Below, piece after piece: positions 38,451 through 52,097 of a DNA stretch of 64,000 bases. How positions within the stretch are numbered: the first letter of the stretch is position 1; each line of letters opens with the position of its first letter. Origin of the DNA: Camelus dromedarius (taxonomy: Eukaryota); the NCBI RefSeq assembly GCF_036321535.1, contig NC_087436.1, forward strand, positions 75,642,001 to 75,706,000, given 5' to 3'. The notes under the pieces are model-generated. The model searched no databases, had not been told where the DNA came from, and worked only from the letters and a program-made list of their open reading frames with translations. The position numbers and the translations under genes were made by a program.

Positions 38451-39856
38451 ATTTTATCTTTACCACCAAAAAAAGCGATAGCTTCCTTCTTTAGGGCTCT
38501 CAGTCTTTTACACATTCATGACTCATAAAAGCTCTGTCTTAGTTATGTATTTTATGGGAATTTTACTGGTGGCAGGTTGAAACGTGTTAAAAAAACACAC
38601 ATAAATACTATAAATACAACCTTCACCTTTGAGTCTGCATGTCTGTATTTGTTTTACGTTCAAAAGAAGATTCTCTGTCTATCCAAGAGACAGTTTGTAA
38701 TTTAATAAAACTGTAAAGAAAGTACAGCTTAATAGTCTATGTGTCACGCATATGACAGTCTGTCATTCATAAGCACACTTCTGAGTCTCCATCTTCTTTG
38801 GCTTGCTAAGCAATATGTCTTTGGAACTTGTCATTCACCAGAATGACTTTTTTAAAAAGATATGCTGAAGAGTCATTACTAAATTCATGTTTTCCATAAA
38901 GAAATTCTTATTTTAAGAAAGATATGGTAGGTAAAAAAGAAAAGAAAAGGGCACATTCTTCAGGGATTTAAAACCAGGCTAGCAAGCCACAGGGAAGTGT
39001 TCGCAGAGATGTTCTCCTTCCATTTAGCGTGATTTAGGAAGTATGACAGTGAAGCCTCTACATCCACATACCCTTCACAATATGGTAGGACAATGGATTT
39101 TAAATGGTTCAACTAAAAATAATCCCACTTCGTATCCCATGACTCAGCTGTCGAAGCTGCTCTGTTACCTAAAATGTTGTGACCTTATTTTACGTTTTCT
39201 CAAGAAGAGAGTCCTCAGGAGAGAATATTCAGTTTGGAAAACACTTGGTTTCTTTTGATCAAACAGAAATTTAGACTGTGTTCACAGACCTTCAGTTCTC
39301 AGCAGTTTTCAGATGAGACACCATTTGGCAGCACGTTTGAGAGTTCTGCAGCTTCTAAATAGGTGTCTTCAGCCTAACAGGAAGCCTTTCTGAGTTCCTT
39401 AGAAGACTATTCAATTTTCACAAAGGAGAAGGAACATTATTTAGCTCTCCAGGAAGCCTAACCCCTACGTTAAGCCCCACCATCAGAAATCTACCTGTCG
39501 TAATGTGTGCAGATGTGTAGGTGGGCCCAGGCAAAATATGGGAAAGCACACAGATGTTCTGCAGACACTTTTTAGTGGGTCGTTTTATTGCTCTTGTCTT
39601 TCATAACTCATGACCAATAATTCAAAATGGCTCACAACGTTTAATACAAGACTCCACATACAGGTAGGTCCATTCAGGCACGAACAGTTAAGACTTAAAC
39701 ATTCTATTTCATTTATAAATGAAATGGTTTGGATCCTTTTGAATTTGTGTTGACCCTTTGATACTGCAAAGAAGAAAAATCCTTTCCTAGGGAAAGCAAA
39801 ACAAATTGTTGGTATCTCACTGTAAATTCTAATCTGTCTTGTGCCCTTGGCTCTAG

Positions 39857-40013
39857 ATGAAGAACTGTACTGTCTATATCCATGATGACTCCATGTTTGA
39901 GCCTGAGGAGCAGTTCAGGGTCTATCTCGGCCATCCTCTCGGGAACCACTGGAGTGGAGCCAGAGTTGGAAAGAACAGCATGGCCACCATCACCATATCC
40001 AATGATGAAGATG
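39857..40013 (+). CDS. FRAS1: FRAS1 exon 17 (157 nt), Calx-beta 4
   Basis: ctctag|ATG; MKNCTVYIHDDSMFEPEEQFRVYLGHPLGNHWSGARVGKNSMATITISNDED; donor GATG|gtaatg. Confidence 0.96.
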
Positions 40014-41958
40014 GTAATGGAAGAAACTGCCTTCAGTTATTCTTAGGTTGATGGGACATGAACTGATGTTTTACTAATAATGTAATTATAGGTGTTTTAA
40101 AAAATGAAAGTACTATAAAAGTGTCTACTGATAACAATCTTAGAGTATTTATATAAAATGTTGGCAGCAAATGACCACCCTCTACATAATGCCAGGATTT
40201 TTATTCACATTGTTTCCTACCACATCGCCAAGAGATAAGGAATGAGTGTGGTTAAAAGCTAGGGCAGAGACGCTAAGACAGAGAATAAAAACTGTTTAAA
40301 TCACTGCAATTCAGGAGCAGATTTGGAAATACAATCAGAATCAGTTGAATCCAATAAATTAGTTTAAAACCCTGCCACCTTCCTGGGAAAGTCTAATTTC
40401 TCAGTTTTCTTCTAATTGATTCAGCCTACTAACCTAAAAAATCTTAAATTCTTTCATCAGATGTTAGCAAAGAGTGACCCAGGCACCAGAGGAAACAGAA
40501 TCTGTTTCAAATAGGGACATGATTGTTTTATTAAAATGGATTTTTTAGTGAATGGACAGTGACACTACAAGTAGTAACTGCTGTTTTTATTGAATATTTA
40601 CTGCGCACCAAGACTCATGCTAAGCATGTTGTACTATTTCATTTACTCCTGACAGGAACCCTTTGAGGTAACTGTTATTATCTCTACATTATATGTGAAG
40701 AAATTGAACCTCAGCAAAGTCATATAACTTACACTCCTAGTTACTCAGCTACAAGCAGCAGAACTGCATGTAGAACCTTATTTTACCAGATTCTAGAAGC
40801 TATGCAGGAGTCAGTAAGACTGTTGGGGTTTCTAATATAAAAACAGGACTAACTTGGACATTGGAGAAAAAAATTTAAAAGCCAGCCTTGACATGAAATC
40901 AGCCCTTTACCCAAGGAGACTGAGGTTCAAATCCTGAAGTGACCCTTTTCCTGTTCACACAGACCCAGTGACTGAGGCTCAGAAAGGCAACAAGATCACA
41001 CTGCCACAGTGACACGCCTAAATTCAAAGAGCATACGTGTTAGAAACTACGACGTCTCAAATGAGGCTTACCTTCTACACTTGGGAACAATCGACTTTCT
41101 GTGAGAGAAAGTGGGAAATGACCATAGAGATGGCAGAAATTTCTGAAAAATTCTCTCATATATTTTAAATGGTAGAAGATTTGTAATTGCTCCCAGTTTT
41201 TCCATCTTTTTTTTTCATTCTCTCCACCACTACCACCTCACCCTTCCCCATGAGACTATAATAGAAAAGGAGGCAAACTTTGAATTTTTTTTTAAATCAA
41301 CAATTAATCGTTTCATAGGAATGAGAATAGTACCTCAAATCATATCGTGTTAGGAAATCTTCTGTTCCTGAATTCTTGTGGTCAGTCACTGAAACTACTT
41401 GTTTGTAACTCAATAACCTGTGAGAAGTTAGGACAAGCTGAGGAAGGGGGAGGTGAGCGCACTGGGGGAGCGAGGATCCAAAACATCCGAGATGAAAGAC
41501 GGTTTGGTAAATTTCAGCAGTGTGCACGTGAAATTTCTACTCTCATAAATGAAAAGGAGTTGATTCATACAATCAGTCAATAGATACTTGTGAGGGCTTA
41601 CTATGTCTCAGTCCCTTGATAAATTGTGTAGATTTGAAAACATGCTGTGAGATGTCATGCTTAGATGGAAACTTGGACTTCATGCATTTTAAAGCACTTA
41701 AAAATATTTCTCCCACTATATTGTTTTTAATAGGAAATATTTGAGAAACACCTCCTGCAGAATCATAAATAAATTCCTTTCTCCAAAGTATTGCTTAGGG
41801 GTAAATACTGATTGATTTTCAAGCCTGCAAGCCATTGTGCCTTTGTATCGTTAACTAATATGAAAAATTCCCTCTTGCCATTATAAGGTATTTTCCACAA
41901 GAGACGAAATTTTTTATTTTTCCAACTTGCTCTTGTTTTCCTAACCTTGTTTCCGTAG

Positions 41959-42159
41959 CCCCCACCATTGAGTTTGAAGAAGCAGCATACCAAGTACGGG
42001 AACCCTCGGGGCCAGATGCCATGGCCGTTCTGAACATCAAGGTGATCCGCAGAGGGGATCAGAACAGGACATCCAAGGTTCGCTGTAGCACGCGGGACGG
42101 GTCTGCCCAGTCTGGTGTGGATTATCACCCGAAAAGCCGAGTCTTGAAGTTCAGTCCCG
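41959..42159 (+). CDS. FRAS1: FRAS1 exon 18 (201 nt), Calx-beta 5
   Basis: ccgtag|CC; APTIEFEEAAYQVREPSGPDAMAVLNIKVIRRGDQNRTSKVRCSTRDGSAQSGVDYHPKSRVLKFSP; donor CCCG|gtaatt; correct frame not in ORF track. Confidence 0.96.
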
Positions 42160-43706
42160 GTAATTGAATGCCAATCCCAAGGTGTCAGTTTTACTTTGTC
42201 GAGAGGCAAAAATCTTGTATTTGAAAAGAGGAATAAGCAGAAAAATGAAAGATAAAAACAATAGTTCCAGTAGCATGAAGTACTTATTAAGCACACATTT
42301 GAGATTGCAGGAGTCTTTAAAATTGTTTGTTAGTAAAAATGGCATGGAAAAGGGGGGAGGGGGGAAGGAAAAAGAAGTACTTTACTTCAGAACATCCTAA
42401 GCATTTTGGCTCCTTTAAAAGGACTTTGTTGTTGTTGTTGTTAGCCTGCGATTTAGCTGAGTGATAGGAGCAATTGATTTTTATACAAAGCATACATGAC
42501 ACATCATTTAACAAACATTGGTACACACACCACTGTGCTGGGCTCTTCGGGATTACTAAACCCAGAAGACACAGTCTCTGTGCTCAGGTGGTTTTAACAT
42601 CTGCTAGGAGATGCTGTGGAGACGAGTCAGGGAAGAAAGACAGGATTCAGGTCACAAGTAGCTGTTGAACTGTCTGATATATTTATCTGATGGGAGGAAT
42701 GAGACAAAGAAGAGTTGAACTGTATGCTAGGCTTTTTCACGGAACTTTCTGGAACAGTCTAAGGTGAAGGGGCCGATGTTGATCTTAGCACCAGCTGTGA
42801 TGTAGCCAGAAGCGGGCAGGAAGGATAGATAGCCTTTTCAGAGATGTCTTGGCAAGTGGAGGGAGAAAAGGCCTCCCTTGGAAATGGCGGGGGTGGTCTC
42901 TGTATGTCTCTGTCACCCCACTGGAGCGTCAAAGGGCTTTTGGATCCAGCCCATGTGTGTCTGGTTAGTTTGCCGGGAAGGTAGACACCCTCCCCCAACA
43001 CCCTCACAAGGACATCTCTTCCAAGTGTCTTTACTTTTTCCTTTTCTATATAAAGATCTGGGGGAAAGGCAGGTCTTAGGGGTAACCTAGCCCAGATGTC
43101 TATAGGAGAGGACAATGGGGGCCTTCACTGCTGCCAGGGATATCTGCACCTTCAGAGAATCACTTTATCAAAAAGGAAGACCATCTGTAAGCTCTAACCC
43201 TCCCCATTCTAGGCCGCCAAACCTTCACATTACTGTCTTTGCAAGACGGACGGCCTGGTAGGTAGCCTTTGAGCTATTGCTTCTCAGAGGGGCAGCTCTG
43301 AAGGATGTCTGGTGTCCAAGCACTCACGGCCACACAGGAGCTCATGCCTAAGTGTAAAGGGGAAAGAATTAAGCAAAAATCTCATAACCAGGGTGGAGTG
43401 TATTTTGGATCATAGATTTTTATTACTGCCAGCTAGTGTCAGGCAGGGGCCATTAATCCTCATATGGCGTTGAATAGTAAATCTGCAATACTGAGCCTTC
43501 ACCACAGGTGGAATTTGGCCTATAAATAAGCAGATTCCTCACTGGAGATGGGGCTAAAGTGATTAGCAATCCCTGCATTTACAGAAAACCTGTGACAGGA
43601 AAGGGCATATTTTAACGTGAAGTCTCAGCAGGGCCAACCTGCACTGGCTTAAGGGGGTCACTAATGAGGTCCTTTGCTCTCTTCATCCTCTCTGTCCTTG
43701 GCAAAG

Positions 43707-43894
43707 GTGTGGATCATATCTTTTTTAAAGTCGAGATCCTGTCCAACGAAGACCGGGAATGGCATGAATCTTTCTCCCTCGTCCTTGGCCCAGATGACCC
43801 AGTGGAAGCCGTTCTTGGCGATGTGACCACGGCCACAGTGACGATTCTAGACCAGGAGGCATCAGGGAGTCTCATACTGCCAGCACCACCCATC
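43707..43894 (+). CDS. FRAS1: FRAS1 exon 19 (188 nt), Calx-beta 5
   Basis: gcaaag|GT (AAG acceptor); GVDHIFFKVEILSNEDREWHESFSLVLG...LILPAPPI; donor ATC|gtgagt. Confidence 0.95.
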
Positions 43895-43999
43895 GTGAGT
43901 TGCTTGACCCAAAGGATTGCTGCTTTTATGTCTTTGTCATTAGATGAGAAGTTGAGAGAAGCAGGACTTTCGGTGCTGTACATCTTCATTTTTCTAACA

Positions 44000-44239
44000 C
44001 AGTGGTTTTCAACCAAGAGTGAGCCCTCTTGTCCCCTCCCCCAAAGCCTCAGTCCCATCACCTCCATTTGGCAATATCTGGTGACATTTGTGGCTGTCAT
44101 GACTGACACACTAGGTGCTATTAGCATCTAGTGAGTAGAAGCCAGGGGTGGTGCTAAACACCCTACAATGTGCAGGACAGGTCCAACGGCAAAGAATTAT
44201 TTGGCACAAACATCAATAGTGCCCAGGATGAGAAACCTT
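44000..44239. mobile_element. MER20 (hAT-Charlie) DNA transposon
   Basis: CAGTGGTTTTCAACC...CATTTGGCAATATCTGG...GCATCTAGTGAGTAGAAGCCAGGG...ACAATGTGCAGGACAG...TGAGAAACC. Confidence 0.88.
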
Positions 44240-45016
44240 ATTTTGACATAAGAGTGAGACCAAACCGTGTTGATACCTTAGTCTGATAAAGACAGGAAGT
44301 ACAATGCAACTGACCTTCTCATTTGGTGGGACCGAGAAGAGTTCAAAGTAATATTACCCTATATCTGTTATTCTACATACTCACCACGTGTGTAGAATTA
44401 AGTATCTGCAGAAATGTACTTCCAAGTTTCCCAGTGTAGGATGAACAGAATGAATGCACTGACCTTACAGTTAGGACGAAAGTGCCTGGAGGTTGCCAAG
44501 GGAAGTTTATCCCATAATAATGAAGCAGCCCAAATAAGTCTTACAACCTCCCCTGACTTGTCTCATATACTAGAAGGATCATTTCAAAATATGTCTCTTC
44601 TTTGACCATGGAAGAAATATACTACCTGTATTTACTCTTATTTTGCCAAATGTGCTACTGCATACCATTAACAATTTACTGCAACTTTAAACTAGTAACT
44701 GCTGTTCATGGTATCGTTTGGATTACAGGGTGCGAGGGGAAAAAAGTATTCTTCACATGAGGCATGGGGCTCTGACTTAGGAATGAGACCAGTACGATAA
44801 TAAAGCTTTTAGCTCAGCAGGGAGGAGGATCTTCTCCACCAGCAAAGATCTGCAGTATCTTTTAGGGATGCGTGGCCAAGCATGGTGCAAACCTCTGCTA
44901 TATTTTAGAGAATCCCCAGGAGCTGAGTGATCTCATGGATCTCCAGGGAAGAGAATCTTCATTCTCTGACCTTCCCGATACCCACCGAGGGCTGAAGCTT
45001 TGTTGCTCCTTTGCAG

Positions 45017-45292
45017 GTTGTCACGCTTGCTGACTATGACCACGTGGAAGAGGTTACCAAGGAAGGAGTCAAAAAATCCCCCTCCCCAGGCTACCCGCTG
45101 GTCTGTGTCACGCCCTGCGACCCCCGTTTTCCCAAGTACACCGTCATGAAGGAGCGTTGCAGCGAGGCCGGCATCAACCAGACGTCCATGCAGTTCAGCT
45201 GGGAGGTGGCCGCCCCCACTGATGGCAACGGGGCCCGGTCTCCCTTTGAGACCATCACCGACAACACACCATTCACCAGTGTCAACCACATG
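45017..45292 (+). CDS. FRAS1: FRAS1 exon 20 (276 nt)
   Basis: ttgcag|GTT; VVTLADYDHVEEVTKEGVKKSPSPGYPLVCVTPCDP...TPFTSVNHM; donor ATG|gtaggt. Confidence 0.97.
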
Positions 45293-47404
45293 GTAGGTCT
45301 GGTCTGGGCCTGGTTGAGAAGGGAGAGTCCTGGCGTTTCTCTATCCAAGTCCTTAAGGTCCCTGTGTGGCATTTGGTATAAAATAAACAAATAAGCAGGT
45401 ACCTGGAGGACACACACAGTCTTGTTATTCTAACATATAGGAAAAGATAGTATGTTGTAGTAGAAAGAACTAAACAAGTACTCAGACACCTGTTTACAAA
45501 CCTTGATTCTGCCTGTTTTTAACTATGTGATGGTAAGAGGTTACTTAACCTCTCTGAGTCTCAGTTTCGTGATCTGCAAGGTAATACCGCTTCCACTCAA
45601 TCCACTTCACAAGGTCATTGACAAATCAAATACAAAAGTGATCTATAAATGACACAGGAAGTCAGAGATTCCAGGTAGGTACAATGAATGATTCCTTTTC
45701 TTTTCTGACCTCTTTAATCATTCAGTAAGTAGGAGGATATAAATTCCTTGAGGACCTGGACACATGTAGAGATCCATCCCAAAGTGGCCATCGCACTGAT
45801 GGTACACCGTAGGGACCAGTTATGAAACAAAAGGAGAGCATGCTTACGAGTGATCTGCATTGTACAGTGCCCTGTGGGAGGATGTGAAAAGGGGTTCAGA
45901 ATGCAGCTGCTGTCCTCAGAGAGTAAGGAGGCCAGACCCACCCCTCAGGTACCATCAGAGAGCAGTGACAGTGGTGGTTTCCCAACCTCAGGACACAGTC
46001 CATGACACTGACTCCGTTCCTCACACCAATGAAGTTCCTTCTCTCCGGAGAAAGAGCTGGAAGCAGTGGAGAGTCAGGCTCAGCGCAGTATCTGGCGTGT
46101 GGTAAGCACTCAGCAAGTTCTGACTGCAATGAGTGCACTTGATAACTTTGGAAATCAGAGATTTCTTTCAGACAGAATTTCTTTAGATTTTCCCCATTCA
46201 AGCCATAGTTTGTTCTTACTTTAGAAGGACTTCACATGGCTGGGCTCAGAGTGAGGAACGCTGTTAGAGGTACGTGTGAGGCTTTGGATAAAGCGGGTCA
46301 CTCGTGTCCATTGTTTTCGGCAGAGCTTATTCAGAACAGCTAGAAGATTAATTCTTCTGCAACGTAACCTAGTTCAAATTTAAATTATCTTCTTTATTAT
46401 TAAAAAATTTAAATGAGCTTATTGTTTCATAACATCTAATTCTCTGTTCAACAAAACCATGTAGGGGGTTTGGTCTGATTTGAGCTAAATATACATTTTT
46501 AACAGGTACCAAGTTTATGATTTTACTCTATGTTTCCATTTTCCTTCTTGCAGTGAATTGGTGACTAATACTTTTACCCCACTTTCCTTTGCTCCTTCTT
46601 TATTTCTTCAATTATTTGTTTAATACCATTGGAGGCATTTTTGTAAGATGCCTCAAATCCCTTCTGAACTAAGTCGATGCATAAATAAATAAATAAAGTG
46701 TTGTCAGCTAATTAAAAAATTTTAATGGAAAAATCATCTTGAATTTTTAATGGACTTCAGTGAAAATTGTTTCCATGAGTAGAATTTGTAAGTTTGTATG
46801 GTTGCTTTGTGGGAGGTCTGTGGCACATGGAACATCTAATTAATTTTTCTTGTTATGTACTTCCCTATATATATGCACACAAAACCTAAAGAGTTTGGGT
46901 GACCTACGTTGTCTCTGCATAGACTGAGTTAAGCACCCTTACGGATTCTGTGAATCTAGGGGCATGAAAGAATCTGTAGAAAGACTTTCAAAGGCCAGCA
47001 GGCGTCAGAGACCAAGTTCTCAACTTCACGTCTGCTTGTTATTATAACTCTTGCAATGTGTGTGGTAATTAGGAGAGGACTGAGGAAGGAAGGAAAACTA
47101 AGAACTCCTGGAAAAGAAGGATCTTTCCTCTGTATCCTGATACCATGCCCTCAGCAGAAGTGATTTGGAGGCTAACCAGTCTTGCTGGAAGGGCTGAAAA
47201 CCATTTGGGTGGTTCTTATGCTGAACCTAATACGTGAAGAGAACAGCACCGTCACTGGGAACCAGTCGTCTCTGGGTTCACGCTCCACATCTGTCTACTT
47301 GTTCATTGTCTGACTTACCACTTGAGGCTGTAAGTACCCACTGCCCTGTCTCTAGTGCCTGACTCCTGGAAAAAGGTCCATACTTCAGTGGTAAACAAAT
47401 GGTC

Positions 47405-47458
47405 AGATGGATAGATCAATGGATAGATAGGTAAATGGATAGATGGATGGTGGATGGT
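47405..47458. repeat. Imperfect (GATG/GATA)n tetranucleotide repeat
   Basis: AGATGGATAGATCAATGGATAGATAGGTAAATGGATAGATGGATGGTGGATGG. Confidence 0.75.
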
Positions 47459-47573
47459 TTTCATAGATTACCTGGTACCAGATATTGGCTGTGTCAGGCC
47501 ATCCAGAAGATGCAGTGCAAGGAGCTGTTGAAGTGTCAGACATGTGTCTGAGGTGCTCTGTTCTTCCTGGCAG

Positions 47574-47806
47574 GTCCTGGACAGCATTTACTTCAGCCGG
47601 AGGTTCCATGTGCGTTGTGTGGCCAAGGCTGTGGACAAGGTGGGCCACGTGGGGACCCCCTTGAGGAGCAACATCGTTACCATTGGAACAGACAGTGCTA
47701 TCTGCCACACCCCAGTGGTGGCTGGGACAGCCCGAGGCTTCCAGGCTCAGTCCTTCATCGCGACCTTGAAATACCTGGACGTCAAACACAAGGAGCATCC
47801 CAACAG
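47574..47806 (+). CDS. FRAS1: FRAS1 exon 21 (233 nt)
   Basis: ggcag|GTC; VLDSIYFSRRFHVRCVAKAVDKVGHVG...KHKEHPN-R; donor ACAG|gtcagg. Confidence 0.97.
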
Positions 47807-49761
47807 GTCAGGCAGGTGGGGCCCTCCAGGAGGAGAGGGCAGAGAGATTCTCCCACTAGCCTTTGTGTGTGTTCCTGTTGGGACAGATCAGTGAGTGATG
47901 CTTCTGCAAGTAAGAATAGTGGTGATGAGGACTTCAGAAACATTCTTTGAAGGCCCCCTAAGATCTGCCCCTTGCTGTATCTTCCCAGCCTCACTCCCTT
48001 TGTTTCACCTGCCAGTCCACCCACAGAGAATCACATGTAACTTCCCCAAGGCTTTAAACTCTCTTAGGTAGCATGTCTCTGCCCTGTGGCTACTCCTGGC
48101 TCCAACTCTCCCCGCCCTCTTCCATTCGGTGTAGTTAAATCCAGTTGTCCCACTATACCTAGCTCATGGCATCTCTTCTAGGAACTTTTCCATCATCTCC
48201 CCCAATTTAGTTTGGGAGCCCTTTCTTCCAGCTTTTCTGGCAACCCATGTCTGCCTCTCTCAGAGCATTATCATTATTCGTTCTCTCTCTGTCCCCATAG
48301 GAGATGATGACAGGGACCATGATTATTTATTTCATGTCCCCTCTGCCTAGAGCAGTGCTTCTTAAGAACCACCTAAAAGGCACTCACTAAATATCTAGGG
48401 AACAAATGAGTTATAATACTGTGTAAATTGTAAGTCACTGGACAAATGTGCTTTTATTTTCCTCCTGTGCTGTCATGATTTTGATGGAAGGATGGATACA
48501 TTCATTTTTGCATAGCAAAAAAAAATTCGTGTATACTATACATATTCATTAAACCTCACAGTGTTTATGTGTGTGCCTCTACATGAGCACCTGAGGTCAG
48601 AGAAGGGGGTTCATTTGCATGAAAAAAACAGATTTGAACATGGAGCCAAGAATATGCAAATCCTTTTCTTCTAACAGAATGAAATTTATTTTTGTTAAAA
48701 AGTAATAACAAGAAGTGCCCAGGGTTACTACTGACCCCCTCCTAGCAAAAGAGCCAGCCTGCTTATATTCCAAGGTTCTGATTCCTCTTTAAAACATGGG
48801 TCTTTGTGCTGAGAGACAAACTGTAAAAATGCACCCTCAATAAACATGCTGAAAATTTAAGCTTGTACAACCACAACAACAAAATGCAGTCCCCTAAGTC
48901 CTGTTCTGTTGTCTTAGCCAATATTTATTAAGGTCATATTTTATTTAGAATTGTGTACCGCAGGCTCTGGAGAGACAAAAGCAGTGGAAGCGAGTAATGG
49001 TCCTTTGCCTTCATGGTGGGGAGGCGAGACAGAGTCTGAGAGCACACAGGGAATAGCGGCCAATATAAGTAAGTTACAGGCTTCCTGGTATGAAGGCACC
49101 TAAATGCTGAACAATGTAGATCAAGGAGGCGTTTGCTGCAGATTGAGGCCGTGAGGGCTGGCGGCGTTGCTGAAACTTGTAGGGAGAGGGTTGGAGGAGT
49201 CCCTTTCAGCTGAAGGGAGACCATATGAGTAGTGGGATTGTTTCTATTATTTCTATTTCTAAGCTATTTTCCTGGGTAGGGATACTGACCCTAGAGTTTG
49301 AGAGCTCAATGATGTCTTTTTGGCAGAAATACTTTTAAAAAATATGTGTCGACTCTACCCCACCTCCACAGACACTCATTGTGACAGAGAAGGGCAGTCG
49401 TACCTGAATCACTCACTCAGCTTTAGCTCAGGAGGAAACAAAGCTTCATTTTATAGCAAAAGACAGCTACAAAGTACTTAGTGGTTTTGATGTTATCTCT
49501 TCTCCTACACACAAATATCTGTGATTCTTGATCGCTATCAGTCCTGAGTCTGGAGGATCTCCCAGGCAGTGGGGAAGGGAAAAACTCTAGATGTGTATCA
49601 TACCCTCATGTTCAGAGAGAAATCCTACATGGAAAGCTTCAGAAAAAAAAAAATCGGTGAATTCATTGGTGAAGACAAAGTGAGTTATGAGACGGAAGTG
49701 TACCATATTAACTGCTTAGAGCGTGCACCTAAACACGTTTCTCTGCCCTTCTTTCCCTTAG

Positions 49762-49922
49762 AATCCACATTTCAGTGCAGATCCCACACCAGGACGGAAT
49801 GCTGCCCCTTATCTCCACCATGCCGTTGCACAACTTGCATTTTCTGTTATCTGAGTCCATCTACAGACACCAGCACGTCTGCTCCAATCTCGTCACCTCC
49901 CGTGACCTGAGAGGCATCTCAG
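49762..49922 (+). CDS. FRAS1: FRAS1 exon 22 (161 nt)
   Basis: cccttag|A; IHISVQIPHQDGMLPLISTMPLHNLHFLLSESIYRHQHVCSNLVTSRDLRGIS; donor TCAG|gtgagg. Confidence 0.96.
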
Positions 49923-50370
49923 GTGAGGGAAGTGCTCCGTGCAGATTTTTCCTTCCCAGCCCAGCGCAGTGACCCTTAAGGATATGGCTAAGTGAACTCT
50001 GCTCTTCATGTTTTCTGGGCCTCAAAATCTGCATGATTAGTGGATTTCCTCCTTAGCAAGCAACGAAATATAGGCAGCTCAGATAGTGAAGTGAATAGGA
50101 AAAAACAAGGACTTTGAAATCAGACTGATAGTTTCAAGTCCCTGGTTCACTACCTGTACAACTGAACAAAAATAGCTGGAAAGCCAACTGTTTTCTTATC
50201 TATAACATGAGGATAACAGTTGCTTCCAATCAGGATGAGGATTAAATATGTCGACATTTTTAAAGCCCTTATCTTGGTAAATTTTAATTTCTTCCTTCTC
50301 CTGTGTTTAAATCTGTGCTCTAAATTCCTGTTTTCTCAGCATTTTCAAAGGCTCAAGTGCAGATGTTAGA

Positions 50371-50715
50371 TGTTATAGGATGGTTCTCCAGGAGCAAGAG
50401 CTGAGGTGTAGTTTGGGGTATGAGATACTCGTTAGGGATCAACATCTCTTAAAGGGAAGGAGAGGAGGCAGGACTGGGCAGAGGGAGAAGTCAGCCTGCA
50501 ATGCAGCCAATAAAGCCGCAACCAACTCTTTAGGGAGCTCTGGAGAGAGCCCATCCGTCAGGCTTGTCCTACTTCCAGACCCAGTGGACAGACCTTTCTG
50601 CTCCTCCCCGCTCAGTCGCTGGATGCCCGCTGCTCCAGGGAGAGCTTGCCGTGGGGCCCTGCAGCTGATGCAGACCTGGAGGAGCTGACAGCGCATCTCC
50701 GTGTTCACCATGGCA
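50371..50715. mobile_element. ERVL LTR (LTR16-like), approximate bounds
   Basis: GGAGGCAGGACTGGGCAGAGGGAGAAGTCAGCCTGCAATGCAG...GGGAGCTCTGGAG recalled LTR16 motifs. Confidence 0.7.
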
Positions 50716-51882
50716 GACGTTTTACTTTACAAAGAATCCTGTCCGTTTCCATTCACCTTAGCAAGTGCACAGTAAATGTGCATTTCCTCCCTTCACAACT
50801 GATGAATCATTTAACAGTGTTTTTGAAGACAGAAAAGCATTCATGTGCTCTTCCATATTCATTAAGCACCACTTTGGGTAGTGATGGTCTTTATACAGTA
50901 GAAATTAGTGGAGTGTAAATGATTCGTTAATCACCGAGCTACAGATGAAAGTTTAATTGGTCCACACATGCAGCTAGTGAAAGAAACATCCTGTGTTTAA
51001 AGGCTGAAAGTTTGCATCTCTTCCTACTTAAACACAATTAAATTCAACATATATTAATTGAGACCCTAGTCCTTGGGGGGCAGAGGGCTGGGTGCTGGTG
51101 TCAGACATTCAGAGAAATGCATCAGCTCTTTGAGAAGAAGACTATAGTTGCTCTGAGGACTATAGAAATTTTAACCCTGATATTTTTAAATTGTATCTAT
51201 ATTCAGCGCTCTGCTGCATAAAGGTCTTCCTTAATTTAGAGCAGTTCAGTTGCTTGGCAGCGTTTGAACCAATAATTTTTGCCTGTAGCAGGGGAGGTTT
51301 AGTCAAGCATTCTTAGCGAGCTGTTTACTCATTAACACAAAATTAAGACTTTTACCTCCAAGAGTTCAGAAACCATAGGAGGTGGGGGGAAGGTAGTCAG
51401 ATGTTTGTTTACTGGCTTTCCATAAAAGCTATTTTTTTAAAATCAGTCTTAATAATAATTCATCAAGAAATTCTCTGTATGGTAAATCCATTTCTTCAAG
51501 GACTGATTGCAAAGCACAGAACCAGACTGGCAGGTGTGACAGGCAAAGCTTCAGGGTGTTTTCTTTTCCAAGATGCGCAGGGCTGCTGAGCTCTGGCTTC
51601 TTCATTTATGGTCTCACGTGTTCACCTTTACTTGGGGGCCCTTGCAGTCTCTTCCATGAGGCTGTGAACCCAGTCACTATTAAACACGTGGCAGCAGGCA
51701 GCTGACAAGTGCCGTATTAGGAGCCCTGGGCTGCCCCATGAACAGTCTCAGATGGAGGGAGGGCTCTCTAATGTCAAAAGGACACCTCCTCCCTCCCCAC
51801 CCCACTCCTGGGCAGCCAGAGAGAGCGGCTGAGCGACTGAGCGACTGAGTTACTGTTCCTTGCTCGTCCCCCCACCCCCCAG

Positions 51883-52097
51883 AGGCAGGGTTCCTGGACG
51901 ACAGGCTCTACGACAGCACGGCCCTGGGGCCTGGCTACGACCGCCCCTTCCAGTTCGACCCCAGCGTGCGGGAGCCCAAGACCATCCAGCTCTACAAACA
52001 CCTGAACCTCAAGAGCTGCGTCTGGACGTTCGATGCCTATTACGACATGACAGAGCTGATCGACGTCTGCGGGGGCTCTGTGACGGCCGACTTCCAG
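51883..52097 (+). CDS. FRAS1: FRAS1 exon 23 (215 nt)
   Basis: ccccag|AG; EAGFLDDRLYDSTALGPGYDRPFQFDPSVREPKTIQLYKHLNLKSCVW...VTADFQ; donor CAG|gtgggc. Confidence 0.96.

Noticed and set aside
41937..41958. TTCCTAAC close to the exon 18 acceptor, resembling a U12 branch site
   Set aside because: The intron's donor is GTAATG, not GTATCC, so this is a normal U2 intron with a consensus CTAAC branch point
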